The notes: generated by a model from the sequence alone, not told the origin. A DNA stretch of 60,700 bases, filler included, from Dirinaria sp. TL-2023a (GCA_051941275.1; 11 parts of 11 records of this genome joined end to end with filler, not necessarily neighbours in it), one strand, 5' to 3'; shown: positions 22,404 through 34,313, counted from the whole stretch's first letter. A program made the numbers and translations.

Positions 22404-23831
22404 CTAAAAGGAAACGTACCCAAGCCGCAACCCCTCTGTAAATGCTTCTTCAGTCATGCACGAATATGGCCTCTCATCCTTCCCATAAAGCCCTGTCTGG
22501 CCATAAGGACCTTTGCCAGAGACAGAGCTGTCAGCAGGCCAGGTATAGTCTGATAGTGCTTGCCCTGCTTCGATATTGCCATGGACCAATGACTGCTTAG
22601 GTTCAAAAATCCAATAATCGATAAAAAGCTGGATGTCGAGGTCAACATTCTCTTTCTCACTGCGCGCGGCCATCAGTGAGCGCGCAAGATCGAGGATGCG
22701 CCAAAACCGGTGTTGAGCCTCCACCTGGCCCTGACGGTGATTACACAGGCGTTCGGCACGGATCTGAACCTCGCCGCTCCAATTGACGGAGGCGTCCTCG
22801 AAGAGATGCTCACACACTGAGGGCAAGGAGACGGCCAAACTCTGCAGTCGTGGACACTGAAGTAGTTTTGTGCACAAATGACCGCACTTTTGGGTATCGG
22901 ACGTCTTTGGATGCACAAAGCCATCTCCAGCCAGAGGCGAAAATTCCAGAACCTGTAAGCTGCATCGGGAGGCCTCTACTAAAGCCATCACTCCAGCAAT
23001 GGTAATCGTACAAGTGGCTGTGACGTGGACCTCACGTAAATTCTTGGCGGTCCTTGCTATAGCGAAAAGGTCATCATCCGTGATGGGCTTGAAATTGGTG
23101 TTTCCAAAGATCTTCAATCGCTCGAGGTATCTGAAGTCCACCACCGTCGCATCCAAAGGGTGGTAGTCCACCTGATTCCGTAAGTCATAGATCTTCTTTT
23201 CTCCAAGATTTACGGCTAAGAACTCTAAAGACAGAGGCTTGCAGGCTAAAGGTGCTCTGCTGAGGAATCGTGACCAGTCCTCTTTCGACCCATATCTCAA
23301 AGTCGTCCACGGTAAGGTCAGGTGATCTACGTGAGAGCAATGGTTGAGTATATTGAGTATTAAGGCGTTGGCCTCTTGAGTGTAGTATCCATTGAACCAG
23401 AGCCTCTGGACAGACGCAGCCAACGCGTGATGGCTTGCAAATAGATCCGCTGTTTTCCTCAGCGAGAGATATGGGTCCCGATATACGGCGATGCTTGATG
23501 GTTCTGCCGTGAGGCGGTCGAGACTCCGTGATTGAAGCCATCTTTCGCTGCCCCTCCAACGTGAAATGTAGAGACTTCTGAAGGCGTATTGGATGGCCCA
23601 TTCATGCCATCGTTGGTTCACTTTTCTCAACCCTTCAATGGCTTGCCACGCTAGCACGTCTGGAGTCGTCTGTCCTCTGACTACACGCTGCAGCCGTGTA
23701 GACAGCCCCAGCTCTGCGGCATGGCTAAGACCATATGTGAATGAGGGAAGCTGGTGGAGGTTATCTCGAGCTACTTCCTCTAGAATTATGCATAAGATTT
23801 CGAATGGGAGGTCTTCAATTGAAGTAGGCAT
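22404..23831 (-). CDS. F-box-like protein with LRR-like repeats (475 aa, intronless)
   Basis: N-terminal IEDLPFEILCIILEEV followed by a split F-box remnant (LRKVNQRWHEWA); LxxL repeats (LERLKIFG, LREVHVT, LQVLEFS, LQSLAVSLP). Confidence 0.75.
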   Translation of the reverse strand: MPTSIEDLPFEILCIILEEVARDNLHQLPSFTYGLSHAAELGLSTRLQRVVRGQTTPDVLAWQAIEGLRKVNQRWHEWAIQYAFRSLYISRWRGSERWLQSRSLDRLTAEPSSIAVYRDPYLSLRKTADLFASHHALAASVQRLWFNGYYTQEANALILNILNHCSHVDHLTLPWTTLRYGSKEDWSRFLSRAPLACKPLSLEFLAVNLGEKKIYDLRNQVDYHPLDATVVDFRYLERLKIFGNTNFKPITDDDLFAIARTAKNLREVHVTATCTITIAGVMALVEASRCSLQVLEFSPLAGDGFVHPKTSDTQKCGHLCTKLLQCPRLQSLAVSLPSVCEHLFEDASVNWSGEVQIRAERLCNHRQGQVEAQHRFWRILDLARSLMAARSEKENVDLDIQLFIDYWIFEPKQSLVHGNIEAGQALSDYTWPADSSVSGKGPYGQTGLYGKDERPYSCMTEEAFTEGLRLGYVSF

Positions 23832-24713
23832 GGTCACTGAATGTCAGCTTCGCAAGAAGTAAAATGGGGGAAGAGGCTATTATGAAGATGGCCGGTTTTG
23901 TACCCTTCTACAGTCATATGGACTGGACATCTGCCTTTTATAACCAAACTGGACTCGCAATAAGCACGCCATCTCTGGGAAGGTTTTGTCCATGGGGTCA
24001 TTCGGTCATTCGCCATGCAGATAGCAGCGACCAGGAAGACTCAAAGAGGACCTCGAATCCTCTTGTTGGAGCATCAAACATGAACATTGGGTAATAGTGG
24101 ATGCGTTGATTGGACGAGGACATTGAAGATTGAGTAATATTTCGTAATTTTGCCATTGCCAAGTGCCATTTTCCTTGGCTTCACCTGATGGGCCGAGTTT
24201 GTCGGATGGGGAGCACGGACTTTTTCATTGCTAATAATAACATCGGTTCCATCGGTTCAGACAATGTATCATCATTAAAAGAGATCTATCTCTTCATTGT
24301 ACAGAGAATGACGGGAATACACTGTGAATAGAGGGAAAATCTTCGCTTTAAGTTCCGGAACCCGATATCCGAGAGGATTTAGAAACCGAGGGTTTCGGTT
24401 AGGGTTGCACCATCAGGATTTTAGATGTCTCAGTGAAGACCATCTGACCATCATCGAGGCCTGCATTTATTGGCGATTTGCCGGTTTATGCGAGGTAACT
24501 TCTTGACCTATTTAGCAGTTCCCTACACCCAGACTTCCCGGCTCGTCACTATTGCACCATGTGGGACATTAAGAATTTAAGATACATGCATACCTTGCTT
24601 ACGTACACATACTAGGTTCATCAGGTTCATCAGGCCTTAGTAATAGGGTATGATTATCTTGGCATACACAGACTCAGCGAGTCAGCTTCGAACATGGTTA
24701 TTTATCTAAGGTA

Positions 24714-25189
24714 GGCTCCCACTACTGCCGCCACACCACCCTACTCTACTGGCACACCACCCTCTCGCTCTAACTACTACTCATTATAGCGTGATAATGC
24801 ATCCGACGTCTTTGATGCCTCGAGTTGAAGATCCATCGGTCTCCCTTACTCTGACAGAGTGCGAAGTTTCAAGCAACGATGATTTCACGAGATGACGATG
24901 AACTGATTCACCACGAACGTGCCATCGTCAAATAGGCAAACCGTTAAAGCAAGATTGAAGGTGTTAGGGGAAAAATTTTTGGAGAGAGGCATTGATAGAT
25001 TTCACCACGAACGTGTCATCGTCAAATAGAAAATGGTTAGAGTAGACTGAGGTTGTTAGGGGGAAAAAAAAACTTTTGAGAGAGAGAGGTATTGATAGAT
25101 GAAAAACAATAAGTGAAGAGGGCGGCGTGGGCGGCAAAAGTGAAGGTGGTGTGTCAGCAAAGTAGGGTGGTGTGGCGATAGTGGTTGCC
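24714..25189 (+). mobile_element. MITE / non-autonomous TIR DNA transposon, copy 1 (476 bp)
   Basis: Imperfect TIRs of about 47 bp (GGCTCCCACTACTGCCGCCACACCACCCTACTCTACTGGCACACCACC ... GGTGGTGTGTCAGCAAAGTAGGGTGGTGTGGCGATAGTGGTTGCC); no ORF; end-to-end homology with 34847-35181 in the opposite orientation. Confidence 0.88.
24907..25100 (+). repeat. Diverged tandem duplication (94 bp + 100 bp) inside MITE copy 1
   Basis: TTCACCACGAACGTG(C/T)CATCGTCAAATAG...ATTGATAGAT at 24907-25000 and 25001-25100; present once in copy 2. Confidence 0.92.
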
Positions 25190-25943
25190 TTTATCTACAT
25201 GTAATTTGGGTAAACGCTCGAGCTGCTCTTGACTAGTACTAAGGTAAGTACCTATTTTACATATCCTACCTTAGGGTATCACATTAACTTAGGTACACAG
25301 TAGTACCTTAATCCGGTTCAGCGTAGATCGAATAACAATAATGGTGAGAATACGTTCCAAGCGGCCTTGGGAAGTGTATCTCTTCTTTTAACTTGAGCTA
25401 TCAGATACACAATGTGTACGGTTGACGCTCTTATTCTAGCCTTCTCCCTCACACCTTCCAGCATTTCCTTTTCCCAACATTCAACTCCATTGATCGTGCT
25501 GGTCCGGACCCTTGCGCTTTATTGCTATTGACCAAATTCTTGCGCTTCGTTGCTGTACCATAGAAACAATTCTATGCACCAGTCTCTGTCTGTAGTCGCT
25601 CGCCATTGAGCTTCTTCTCATATTCGAGTGCCAGTGTTACCTCTTGAAGGTCTTTATACAACGCACGGTTGGTGGCGGAAGAGCAGTAAGCGACAATCTT
25701 GCTTCTCTCTCTCTGAGGTCCATTAGCGCTTCATCCGCTCCGGTCGAGCGCTTTGAAGGGCCAGGGATATGTCAAGCCTAGATTTCACCCCATCAAATGT
25801 TTTGCAAGAAGATTCTCATAGGAAGAGTCTCTCATGGCAAGACGCTGTCCATTTCTTCGAAGCCCTGATAAAGGGACGGGGAAGATCTTTAGATAACCAA
25901 GACTTGCTCCGTGAGTAAGAGTCCCGTCATCTTATTCGTTAGA

Positions 25944-26648
25944 ATGCCTGCAGGTACATTCGTATGTCAAAGCGCCGCCTCGCTCTGTATCCTGTTCTTT
26001 CTAGTCACTTCCACACTTCAAGTGGACATTAGAATGGCCATGAGTCCGTCGTACGCGATCACGTGCAGTGGCATCCCTCCTGGGTACTGTTGTGCCGTAC
26101 CTGTTGGCTTGCAACATACTTTTCCTACCATTTTCCCTTTCGCCGTGAGCATCGGTCCGCTCCATGTACGAGATCTTGGTGTTGTGTTTGAGGCCCGTGG
26201 CAACCTCGGGGGCTGTGCCGCTATCCCACCAGCAAAAAGAGTGGCCGGACCTGGTACCTTTATCGTTCGCAATGCTCCAGTGTTCCCACGGAGCGAGCCT
26301 TTCCAATTCACAGGCGCAAGCTATGTGACCTTACCCAATTCGATTCCTGCAGACATTACTTCCTCCGAAGTACTGGCCGTTCAGGGGCTATTGGGCCTCG
26401 CGACGGCAAGAGCAACCTGGTCCGCTCCCAATACGAAGTGGAGAAAGTTCCGGGGACTTAGGCATAAAGGCCGGAGAGATATCATAAGCGGTCAGAAGGG
26501 CAATGCCTACGTTGGCCCTCCCCCACAAAGCAGATATCCCGACATAATCACTATCAACGGTACAGATTACCATTCAACGAATACTTCGGCGCTCAATTAC
26601 CAAACCGCTGATGGACAGCCATTGGACACCGCAGACCTAGGTTTCTGA
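25944..26648 (+). CDS. Secreted protein of unknown function, CxxIPPGxCC family member B (234 aa, intronless)
   Basis: Hydrophobic leader (SLCILFFLVTSTLQ-VDI); CSGIPPGYCC, GGCAAIP, GPG, TGASYVTLP, QGLLG, RR-DIISGQKG, PDIITINGTDY and YQTADG. Confidence 0.85.
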   Translation: MPAGTFVCQSAASLCILFFLVTSTLQVDIRMAMSPSYAITCSGIPPGYCCAVPVGLQHTFPTIFPFAVSIGPLHVRDLGVVFEARGNLGGCAAIPPAKRVAGPGTFIVRNAPVFPRSEPFQFTGASYVTLPNSIPADITSSEVLAVQGLLGLATARATWSAPNTKWRKFRGLRHKGRRDIISGQKGNAYVGPPPQSRYPDIITINGTDYHSTNTSALNYQTADGQPLDTADLGF

Positions 26649-27582
26649 ACGACGTATACTTGCTTTGTACGTGGCGCCCCAGCCTTCAGTGACACCGCCT
26701 TTCTGGATTCCAACGGTAGCCATGGGTATATCGATGATTCCACAGCGGCAATCATATTCTTCAATGTGAATCGTTGCAAAGCGAAAGAAGCTTGCCGACG
26801 CATTGGCAAACCCAAGGATCCTTTTGGCATGCGATAGATCGCCGAGTCAAGGAATGAGCAGCATGTCTGACGCAATTCGTGGATTACCATCTCAAACCCT
26901 TTTGCATGTGTTGCCCGCCAAGACATCAAAGCTTCACAAACCACAAACTTCTTATGAAGAGCAGCGTGAGGAAGTAAGCCGGAGACTTAGAATGGAGTTG
27001 GCCCAGGGATGACTACGCCAGCACCTTAAGTAATAAAAAATTTTAGACTGTACTATCTGTTAGAGGAGCATTACGTGCAATAGACTAGAAGGTTGTATGT
27101 ATAATTAGAGCTTGGCACGAATATCAAAGAACCTAGAAGCAACCCATAATTAAAGTACCCCAAGACAGCACTATCAATATTCGACCTAAGAATCTTCCAC
27201 TTAACAGGTCCAAGTCAGGTCTGAAACTAATGTAATAGATTGAATCCTACGAGATATGTGTGGCACGGGCAAATGAGACGGTCAAGTCGGCCGGACTACC
27301 TTACCTTGACCTGTCCCGCTCCATTTCCATGTCGTATATCCAGCAGGTCGTGAAATACATACCTTACACAATTATCCAAGAATATACCTAGCCTGCACTA
27401 TACGCCCACACGAACCAGCATCGGTAGGTAAAGTAGCATTCAGACCCAGCATAAAATCAGCACAGCAGTTAGATCCTCCCTCATCAACCCTACTCCCTAC
27501 TATCCATCTAGAACAAAATCCTCCCCTCCCCTGCCCTCCAGCGTAGAAGGAAAAGCAATCAACCAGCAGCACCGCCGGCCCC

Positions 27583-27682
27583 NNNNNNNNNNNNNNNNNN
27601 NNNNNNNNNNNNNNNNNNNNNNNNNNTTAATTAATTAANNNNNNNNNNNNNNNNNNNNNNNNNNNNNNNNNNNNNNNNNNNN
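27583..27682. other. Artificial contig spacer
   Basis: N44-TTAATTAATTAA-N44. Confidence 0.99.
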
Positions 27683-28069
27683 CTTCCAAAATTTTTTGTT
27701 ATTCACTCTACTTGAGTTCTGGTCGGTGTCTGTTTGCATTGTTGCATATCGAACCCTTCCTTTCCTTTGATCCCGTGCTTGCTTGCCATGCATATACGCA
27801 GGCGGGCAAAGCAAACCAGCAAGGAAGCTGTAAAGCAAAAGTAAAAGGAGAGGAAAGCAAAACCGAACGCCCCGCCCCCCAGATGCCCTACTGTACCTAA
27901 GTATGCCGCATGTGTGGTGGTGGTCTTCTTGCAAGAAAGAAATCGTGGGTCTCGTTAGTTAGTTTCTCCATTATTGCGCATTCGTATGGAAATTTGTTTT
28001 TCTGCTTTTCTTTTTTTTTTGGGAGGGTGTTGGAGAAGCGATGAAGAAATTTCGGTGTCTATCAATCAA

Positions 28070-30331
28070 TTAATCGAGCATGCAATCCCCTTTTCCCTCA
28101 TCCATCGGCTCCTCCCCACCACTACCGCTCGTTCTGGCTTGGGCCTGCACCTCCCCGGTATACAAAGTATCCATAGGCGCCACACTCGGTTCTCGATCCG
28201 CCGCCGCTTTGTTGACGTCTAGCATGATATGGTCGCGCGGTGGTAGTGCTGCTGCAGTTGCAGCGCTCGTAGTAGGAGCACCGCCCGGAATGGTGTTTTC
28301 GAGCCTCATCTCCTCGAGTGGGCGGAAGTCCCAGACTTCCATGATGGTGCGGCTGCCGCGGCTGGCCATGACGACGGCGGTCTCGTTTTCGAAGGCGACT
28401 CGCCAGACCGCCTCGGCCGGCTGGCTGAGTTCGCGGATCAGATTGCCGGTGCCGAGATCCCAGACCTTGACGCGGCCGTCGGAGCCGCCGGAGACGATGC
28501 GCGATTCGTCGAATTGAAGGCTGGTGACGCTGTTGTCGTGCGCTGCGAGGCGGTGGATCGGGGAGAAGGAGTCGAGGGACCAGACGCGGACGGAGCCGTC
28601 CGAGCCGCCGGTTACGAGCTTGTTGGAGGACATTTGGAGCTGGCCGACGAGGGAAGTGTGGCCTTGGAGGATGGCGAGGCATTGACTGTTGTCTTGATTT
28701 AGTTTTACTCAAGTTGGAGGCTCGAGAGAAAGAGAGGTGCTTACCCATCGTGAGGATTCCATATCCTGACGCTGGTATCCAAACTTCCTGTCGCGATTCT
28801 GTCACCGTCAAAGGCAATGGCATAGATCTGACTAAAGTGACCTTGAAGGGTCCGCAAGCATTGCCCGGTGGAGATACTCCATATTTTGGCTGTAGTGTCG
28901 TAGCTGCCGGATACGACCAAATCACCATGGATCTCGAGGCAGCGCACACTGGCCTGATGCCCCATCAGAACGCTAGTGCAAATCCCCGATCGCAAATCCC
29001 ACACTCGAAGCGTAGTGTCTCGTGATCCCGAAATGGCCGTGTTTGCGTCTGAAATTTTCAAGCAGCGGACTGTGGAGGTATGGCCTCGTAGCGTGTGTAC
29101 ACTGGCTCTGCTCAACCATTAGTATTTGGCATCCGACAACCAATATCAGCACATACCCAGTAGCCATGTTCCAGACTCGGACGTCCCGATCGCAGCCACC
29201 ACTGACCAATATATCGTCCCAGGGTATCATAGCCCACACCCCCATAACATGTCCCTGTAAAGTCCTCTGATGATCACCCCTGGTATTGAAAACATGGATT
29301 TTGGCATTGTCCAATGCAACCACAATATACTTCTTGGTCAGATGCAGGCTTGTAACCACCCCTTGATCCGGAGTGATATGTCGAGCAGTCATATGGCCTC
29401 CCTTCCTCCAGGCCGATTCGACCAGGTATCGGTGCTTAAAATGCGACCTATGAGTAGATTTCGGTCTTCCTCTCTTGCTCTTACGTGACGACGGTCCACC
29501 AACTAGCGGATTAGACAACTCTGCATCAGAAGTCTCCGCGATCGCGCTCATACCATCCATATTGCGTGTTGGCGAAGAAGATCGTGGGAATTGACTGAAC
29601 AGCATCTGACTCGGAGTTGACGCCTGATTAAAGCCGGACCCGATTGAGTCACTGGACATCCTCCGATATCCGAGCTTATCAGAGAGCGTCTTCCATGCCT
29701 GGTCGTCACTGACGACTTCTCGCCACCGCCTCGAAACCTGTGAGGCCCTAGCAAAGGTTTTTGGATCATCAACAAACTCTAAAATCTAGCCCAGGAGGTC
29801 AGCTGCTTTCCTTCGATGTAAGGCTGCCATTTCCCCAAACCTTACCTTGAAGCATATCTCGGTCGGCAGTGCCTTGAATGGATCTTTCTTCAGTTTTGGA
29901 CTGATCAAATGGTGGAGAAAGCTCAACGAGTGATTATCGCACACGTCCACAAGTGAAGCCAGCCATGTCTCCTTTGCAGCTGTGTCTAACTGGCCAAAGA
30001 CTAGCCTTGCGTCCCTCAATATTGGATCCTCTTCGTCTTCACTGGCAGAGTGCCATATGGGAGCTCGCTGATGGGGTGTGGGACTCGGAGCAGGAGTAGG
30101 TGGTGACGCTGGAGCGGAGGGGAGCAGTGGGTTAGGGATGGCTTGCGGCATCGAGGAGGTATTTGGTGTCAAGGGCGGCTTAGGATGCTGAAGCGAGTCT
30201 TTCCTCCTCGACGTGCGGTGCCCAATGGTGACCGGTGAAGGAGGTTTTCGAAGATGGATATTGGTAGAAGGGTCGTTGCTCGATTCTATGGACACGTGCC
30301 GTGAGCGGCTTTGGTTATTGCGATGCTCCAT
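28070..30331 (-). CDS. F-box/WD40-repeat SCF substrate adaptor, Cdc4/Fbw7-like paralog (exons 30331-29846, 29785-29157, 29107-28745, 28685-28070; 697 aa)
   Basis: F-box DPFKALPTEICFK|ILEFVDDPKTFARASQVSRRW; multiple GH...WD repeats (GHTSTVRCL...SGSRDTTLRVWD, GHQASVRCL, GHFSQIY, GHTSLVGQL). Confidence 0.93.
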
Positions 30332-31961
30332 TTTCGATCTAATGCTGGCTGTTTGTAGCTAAGTAGGCATAGAATTGGATGCCTAATGAGGAACTGGTGG
30401 CTGATGAGCAGAGTATGTGATCCCTTCAGATCTCGTGACCTTGACCGATCGAAAAAACTGCGCACATGTGCAACGGTTCAGCAGACTCCCCAAATATGGA
30501 GCTTGCTTATGAATGGAATCTCTAATAACTTCACAGGAGTGTAAAGGAATCAAGACAACGCTTCAACACCGGATAATGAATGCGATGGAGAAGTTTAGCA
30601 ACAATAATGAGGTAACCAAGGCGATCTTCCAAAAGAACCAATAAAGCGGCGCGGCAACTGCTGTGTTGTACTGATTATGACTGTTCTCAAGACCGAATCA
30701 TCTATGCAACAATGCGACTCGGTTCAGCATAAGATGAGGTTGTCTTTTTCGCAACTTCTCGAACAAAGCACGATTTGCTGAAGCTAAGCATTAAGGCATT
30801 CAAGGACGATAATGTATCGTAAAGGTACCTTAGTTCGCTTGCGCGGGTAAAGTGGAACGTCCATTGCAACGCCAAGCCTTTCTGACGCAGGGATTCCCGG
30901 CCCCTCTCGCGTCCACCTTCCCGTCGGAGAGAAGTCGGTCAACCGCAGTCCATCAAGCCGGACATTCGCATTCGCAAGCCTGGCTTCAATAATGGGCCTC
31001 CTTAAGCCTACATGATCCTCGAATCCTCTGATTCCGGGATGGTACCCCAAGGAGAGCCAAGAGCAATTCCATCACCTGGCCCGATGCTTTACTGCTACGC
31101 TACAAATAGTAGTAGGCTTTCTCTTTCAGTCTCATGTTTCCTATCAGCCTTCAACTACCTGCTGTCCAATGACACCTACGAGATCCTTTCCTGCCGATGA
31201 ACAATAGTGGATAGTATAACAACAGTAGCTTTGCTCGGGAGACTTCTCAGAGCGATAGTTCCCATTCAGCAAGAAAATCTGCAAGATGTGCTACTATACA
31301 GTGTCCCTCCCACGTCCCCATGATTCGCTCCGATGATCCAGGCAAAGATAAAGCTAGGCAGTAGCCAAGAAAGCAATGGGATATGTCAGCCCTCTGAGAA
31401 GGTGGTCAGCAATATACATGTATATTGCTTTCACTGTAAGGCATTGTCTCATTATGTGAATGGCCGAACTGGAGGAAGGAAAAGTGTTATTTGCCGATGT
31501 TGGACACTTGGTTCTACTTGTAGACTCTTGAAGTCTACCTACTTCGCCCTAGATTTTCATCATACTTAAGGATGCCCATAGACTGTGGGTATTGAGTACA
31601 AAAATGATAGCTGGAGAGTGCAAGAAAGCACTAAGACGTCCTGCCCTTAAGGTCGGGTATCTCAGCAAGCTTCCTCTACTTTACATTACTGTACCTCGTG
31701 CTCCGGAGTAGAATCAATAAGCACGTGCCACGCTAGCTAAGCGAGAAAAGGAGAAAGATTAGAAAGAGAAAGCGTGTGTGAAATGGATTCAAAACCTCAC
31801 TTCCGGCTCCTGGCAACCATCATCATCAACAGTCATCCAAGTGCAGTCAAGAGCTCAGCTCCAAGACTATACAATATCGATCGCAAGATCTGACTGCCAA
31901 TCCTCAACGCCGCTTCGCAACCACCTCTATCCGCCTTCAGCTATCGGTCTGTCAAGTCAAC

Positions 31962-32640
31962 ATGCCTGAATTCCGCACCCACAGATCGAACGAAGGCCGC
32001 TTGTACCTGCATTTCCGCCCCAGCAAGTCGTGTGTCCTGGCGATGCGCGCCCTCGAAATGATGACCGCGGTGGGCTTTATCTCTCTGCTGCTCTACAGCG
32101 CGTTTCACAAAGGCTGGTGGTTCAACATCACCTCGCCTCTCGTGGTCGGCAGTAAGTCCATACCTGCTTTTCTCCCAGAATGGCGCGTCTTTTCCATCCA
32201 TCTCCCTTCTACTTCGCACACACATCGATAAACTAACACCAAAACCCCACAACAACAAAAGTCATCGCCACCACCTTCACGATCCTGATCGGCATGCACG
32301 CTATCGTGGGCGAGGCCAAAGGCAGCTACGAGGGCCTTTTTTCAACGCCGAACACGCTCATCATGGACGGCGTCGCCTTCGTGGCCTGGGTCACGACCTT
32401 CATCACCATGTGCTTGGGCAAGGGCAAGGATTACAGGCACCTCTTCGACACGCCCCCTTACACCACCTGGGTCTGCAGCCTCGTCCTCGTGATCTTCGAG
32501 ATGTAAGTTCCCCGATCATCATAAATCCCCTTCCCCTCCTCGCTACTAGTACACGCGCTGATTTTAACTCTCACAAAAAAAGCTGCTCTTTCTTCGTCTC
32601 CTTCGCTGTTCTCTGCGGCTCGACTACGTCTAGCCGTTAG
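31962..32640 (+). CDS. Small four-transmembrane (MARVEL-like) protein (exons 31962-32151, 32262-32502, 32583-32640; 162 aa)
   Basis: Two GTAAGT...AG introns give a continuous 489-nt frame with four hydrophobic segments; the MARVEL assignment is inferred. Confidence 0.7.
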
Positions 32641-33106
32641 GCTGCCGTGCTGCGGTGTGTAAGTTTTTCCCTGCCCCCTGAAGAGTTTTACCTTTGACCT
32701 TTAGATACTGATTCAGAGACAGAGTTCTCGAGTACGGTGTAGAACTGGATAGGAGCGTTTTAGGGAGGAAGGATAATGGAGCAACTCGATGCTCCTCTTC
32801 AATTTTTTTTTTTCTTTAAATTCTACAAGACCCCTTGTTTTAGTAACTATTTGTCACCTGGTACTCAACTCAACCCAACCTGTACTCGTACACAAAACAG
32901 CAAACTTTGTAATTTGTAAATAATAAACAATGACAAAGTCGATCCTCCATCCAGTCAGTTGAACGAGGATACCTACGTACATCGTATTAATCCTTCCTTT
33001 TTTCTTTTACAAAAAAGCTCTTTTTTTTACATTTTACAACGATACAAGTCATGTTGGGTTGGGTGGTTGAGGGGGTTCTTTCACCTAACATCGTACTACA
33101 TAGGGA

Positions 33107-33206
33107 NNNNNNNNNNNNNNNNNNNNNNNNNNNNNNNNNNNNNNNNNNNNTTAATTAATTAANNNNNNNNNNNNNNNNNNNNNNNNNNNNNNNNNNNNNN
33201 NNNNNN
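33107..33206. other. Artificial contig spacer
   Basis: N44-TTAATTAATTAA-N44. Confidence 0.99.
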
Positions 33207-34065
33207 GGCCAAGGGTCGGATAGTACGTTCTCCTCTCACTCACTACTCTCACGCTACTCATTATCCCTCCACACAATTCCACCCTGTGCAGGTAGATACA
33301 ATCGCTAACCAATCCTCCCCACCGCACCAGACTACTACAACCAAAGCAACACCTTCTCCTCCGCCGGCGGCGGCGGTGGTCGCGACGAGCGCTACGGCCA
33401 CGGCGGCGGCGGCTATGGCGGCGGCGGCGCTGGGCCAGGAAACAACCTCAACTTCCAAGGGGGCGGGGCGCAGGCCGATTTCAACGGGGCGATGTCGCAC
33501 GCGCAGCAGCACGGCAGCGGGCACGCGGACGAGCAAGGCATGTTCAGCTCCGTGCTCAACCATCTCCAGGGGAACCAATCGCGCATTTCGGACGGCGACG
33601 TGGATGAGCAAGGCATGGTCAACGCGCACCAGAGCATGTACGGGAATCAATCTGGAGGAGGGCGGACACATGGGAGCGAGACCGTGGGGGCTGGCGCGGC
33701 CATGCAGGCACTGAAAATGTTTTCTGGTGGAGGAGGAGGAGGAGCTGGAGGTCAGTATGAGTTTGTGGGCATGGCGATGGGCCAGGCGAGTAAATTGTTC
33801 GATCAGCAGAGTAGCCAGGGGAATCTGGTATGTATATCCCCCTCCTCTCTCTATTCTCCTCCCAAATTCCTCCCCCACAACAAGAGAATTTCTAAACTCG
33901 CATCTAAAATCCACTACTAACATTCAACAGAGCTCCGGAGCCACGAAGGAATCCGCGGTGCAGAAAGCAGGCGAGATGGCGCTCAAAATGTACCTCAAAG
34001 GCCAGGGGGGCGGCTCGGGAGGTGGTGCTGGAGGATTGATGAGCCTAGCTAGCAAATTCATGTAG
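33207..34065 (+). CDS. Glycine-rich beta-flanking-protein-like gene, 5'-truncated (exons <33207-33222, 33331-33827, 33931-34065)
   Basis: GAGAAMQALKMF, FVGMAMGQASKLFD, SAVQKAGEMALKMYLK and C-terminal GLMSLASKFM are hallmarks of this conserved fungal family. Confidence 0.82.
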
Positions 34066-34290
34066 TTTTTTGCCCGGGCTTCGATTTGTTGCTCCATTTC
34101 ACATTCCAGAGTCAGCCAAGGAACAGGAAGGAGAAAAGCTCAAGGGCATCTAGAAATACACCTTAGGGGCTATGTACTGTAGACAGACAGATTTAAAAAG
34201 CGAAAATCCCCAAATTTCCAACAACAACAACCTGATTTAAACGTAGTTGGTGACTTTACATAAAATAGGTCCTGAACCGAATCGAACCGA

Positions 34291-34313
34291 ATGGATGGAT
34301 GGATGGATGGATG
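34291..34313. repeat. (ATGG)n microsatellite
   Basis: ATGGATGGATGGATGGATGGATG. Confidence 0.9.
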
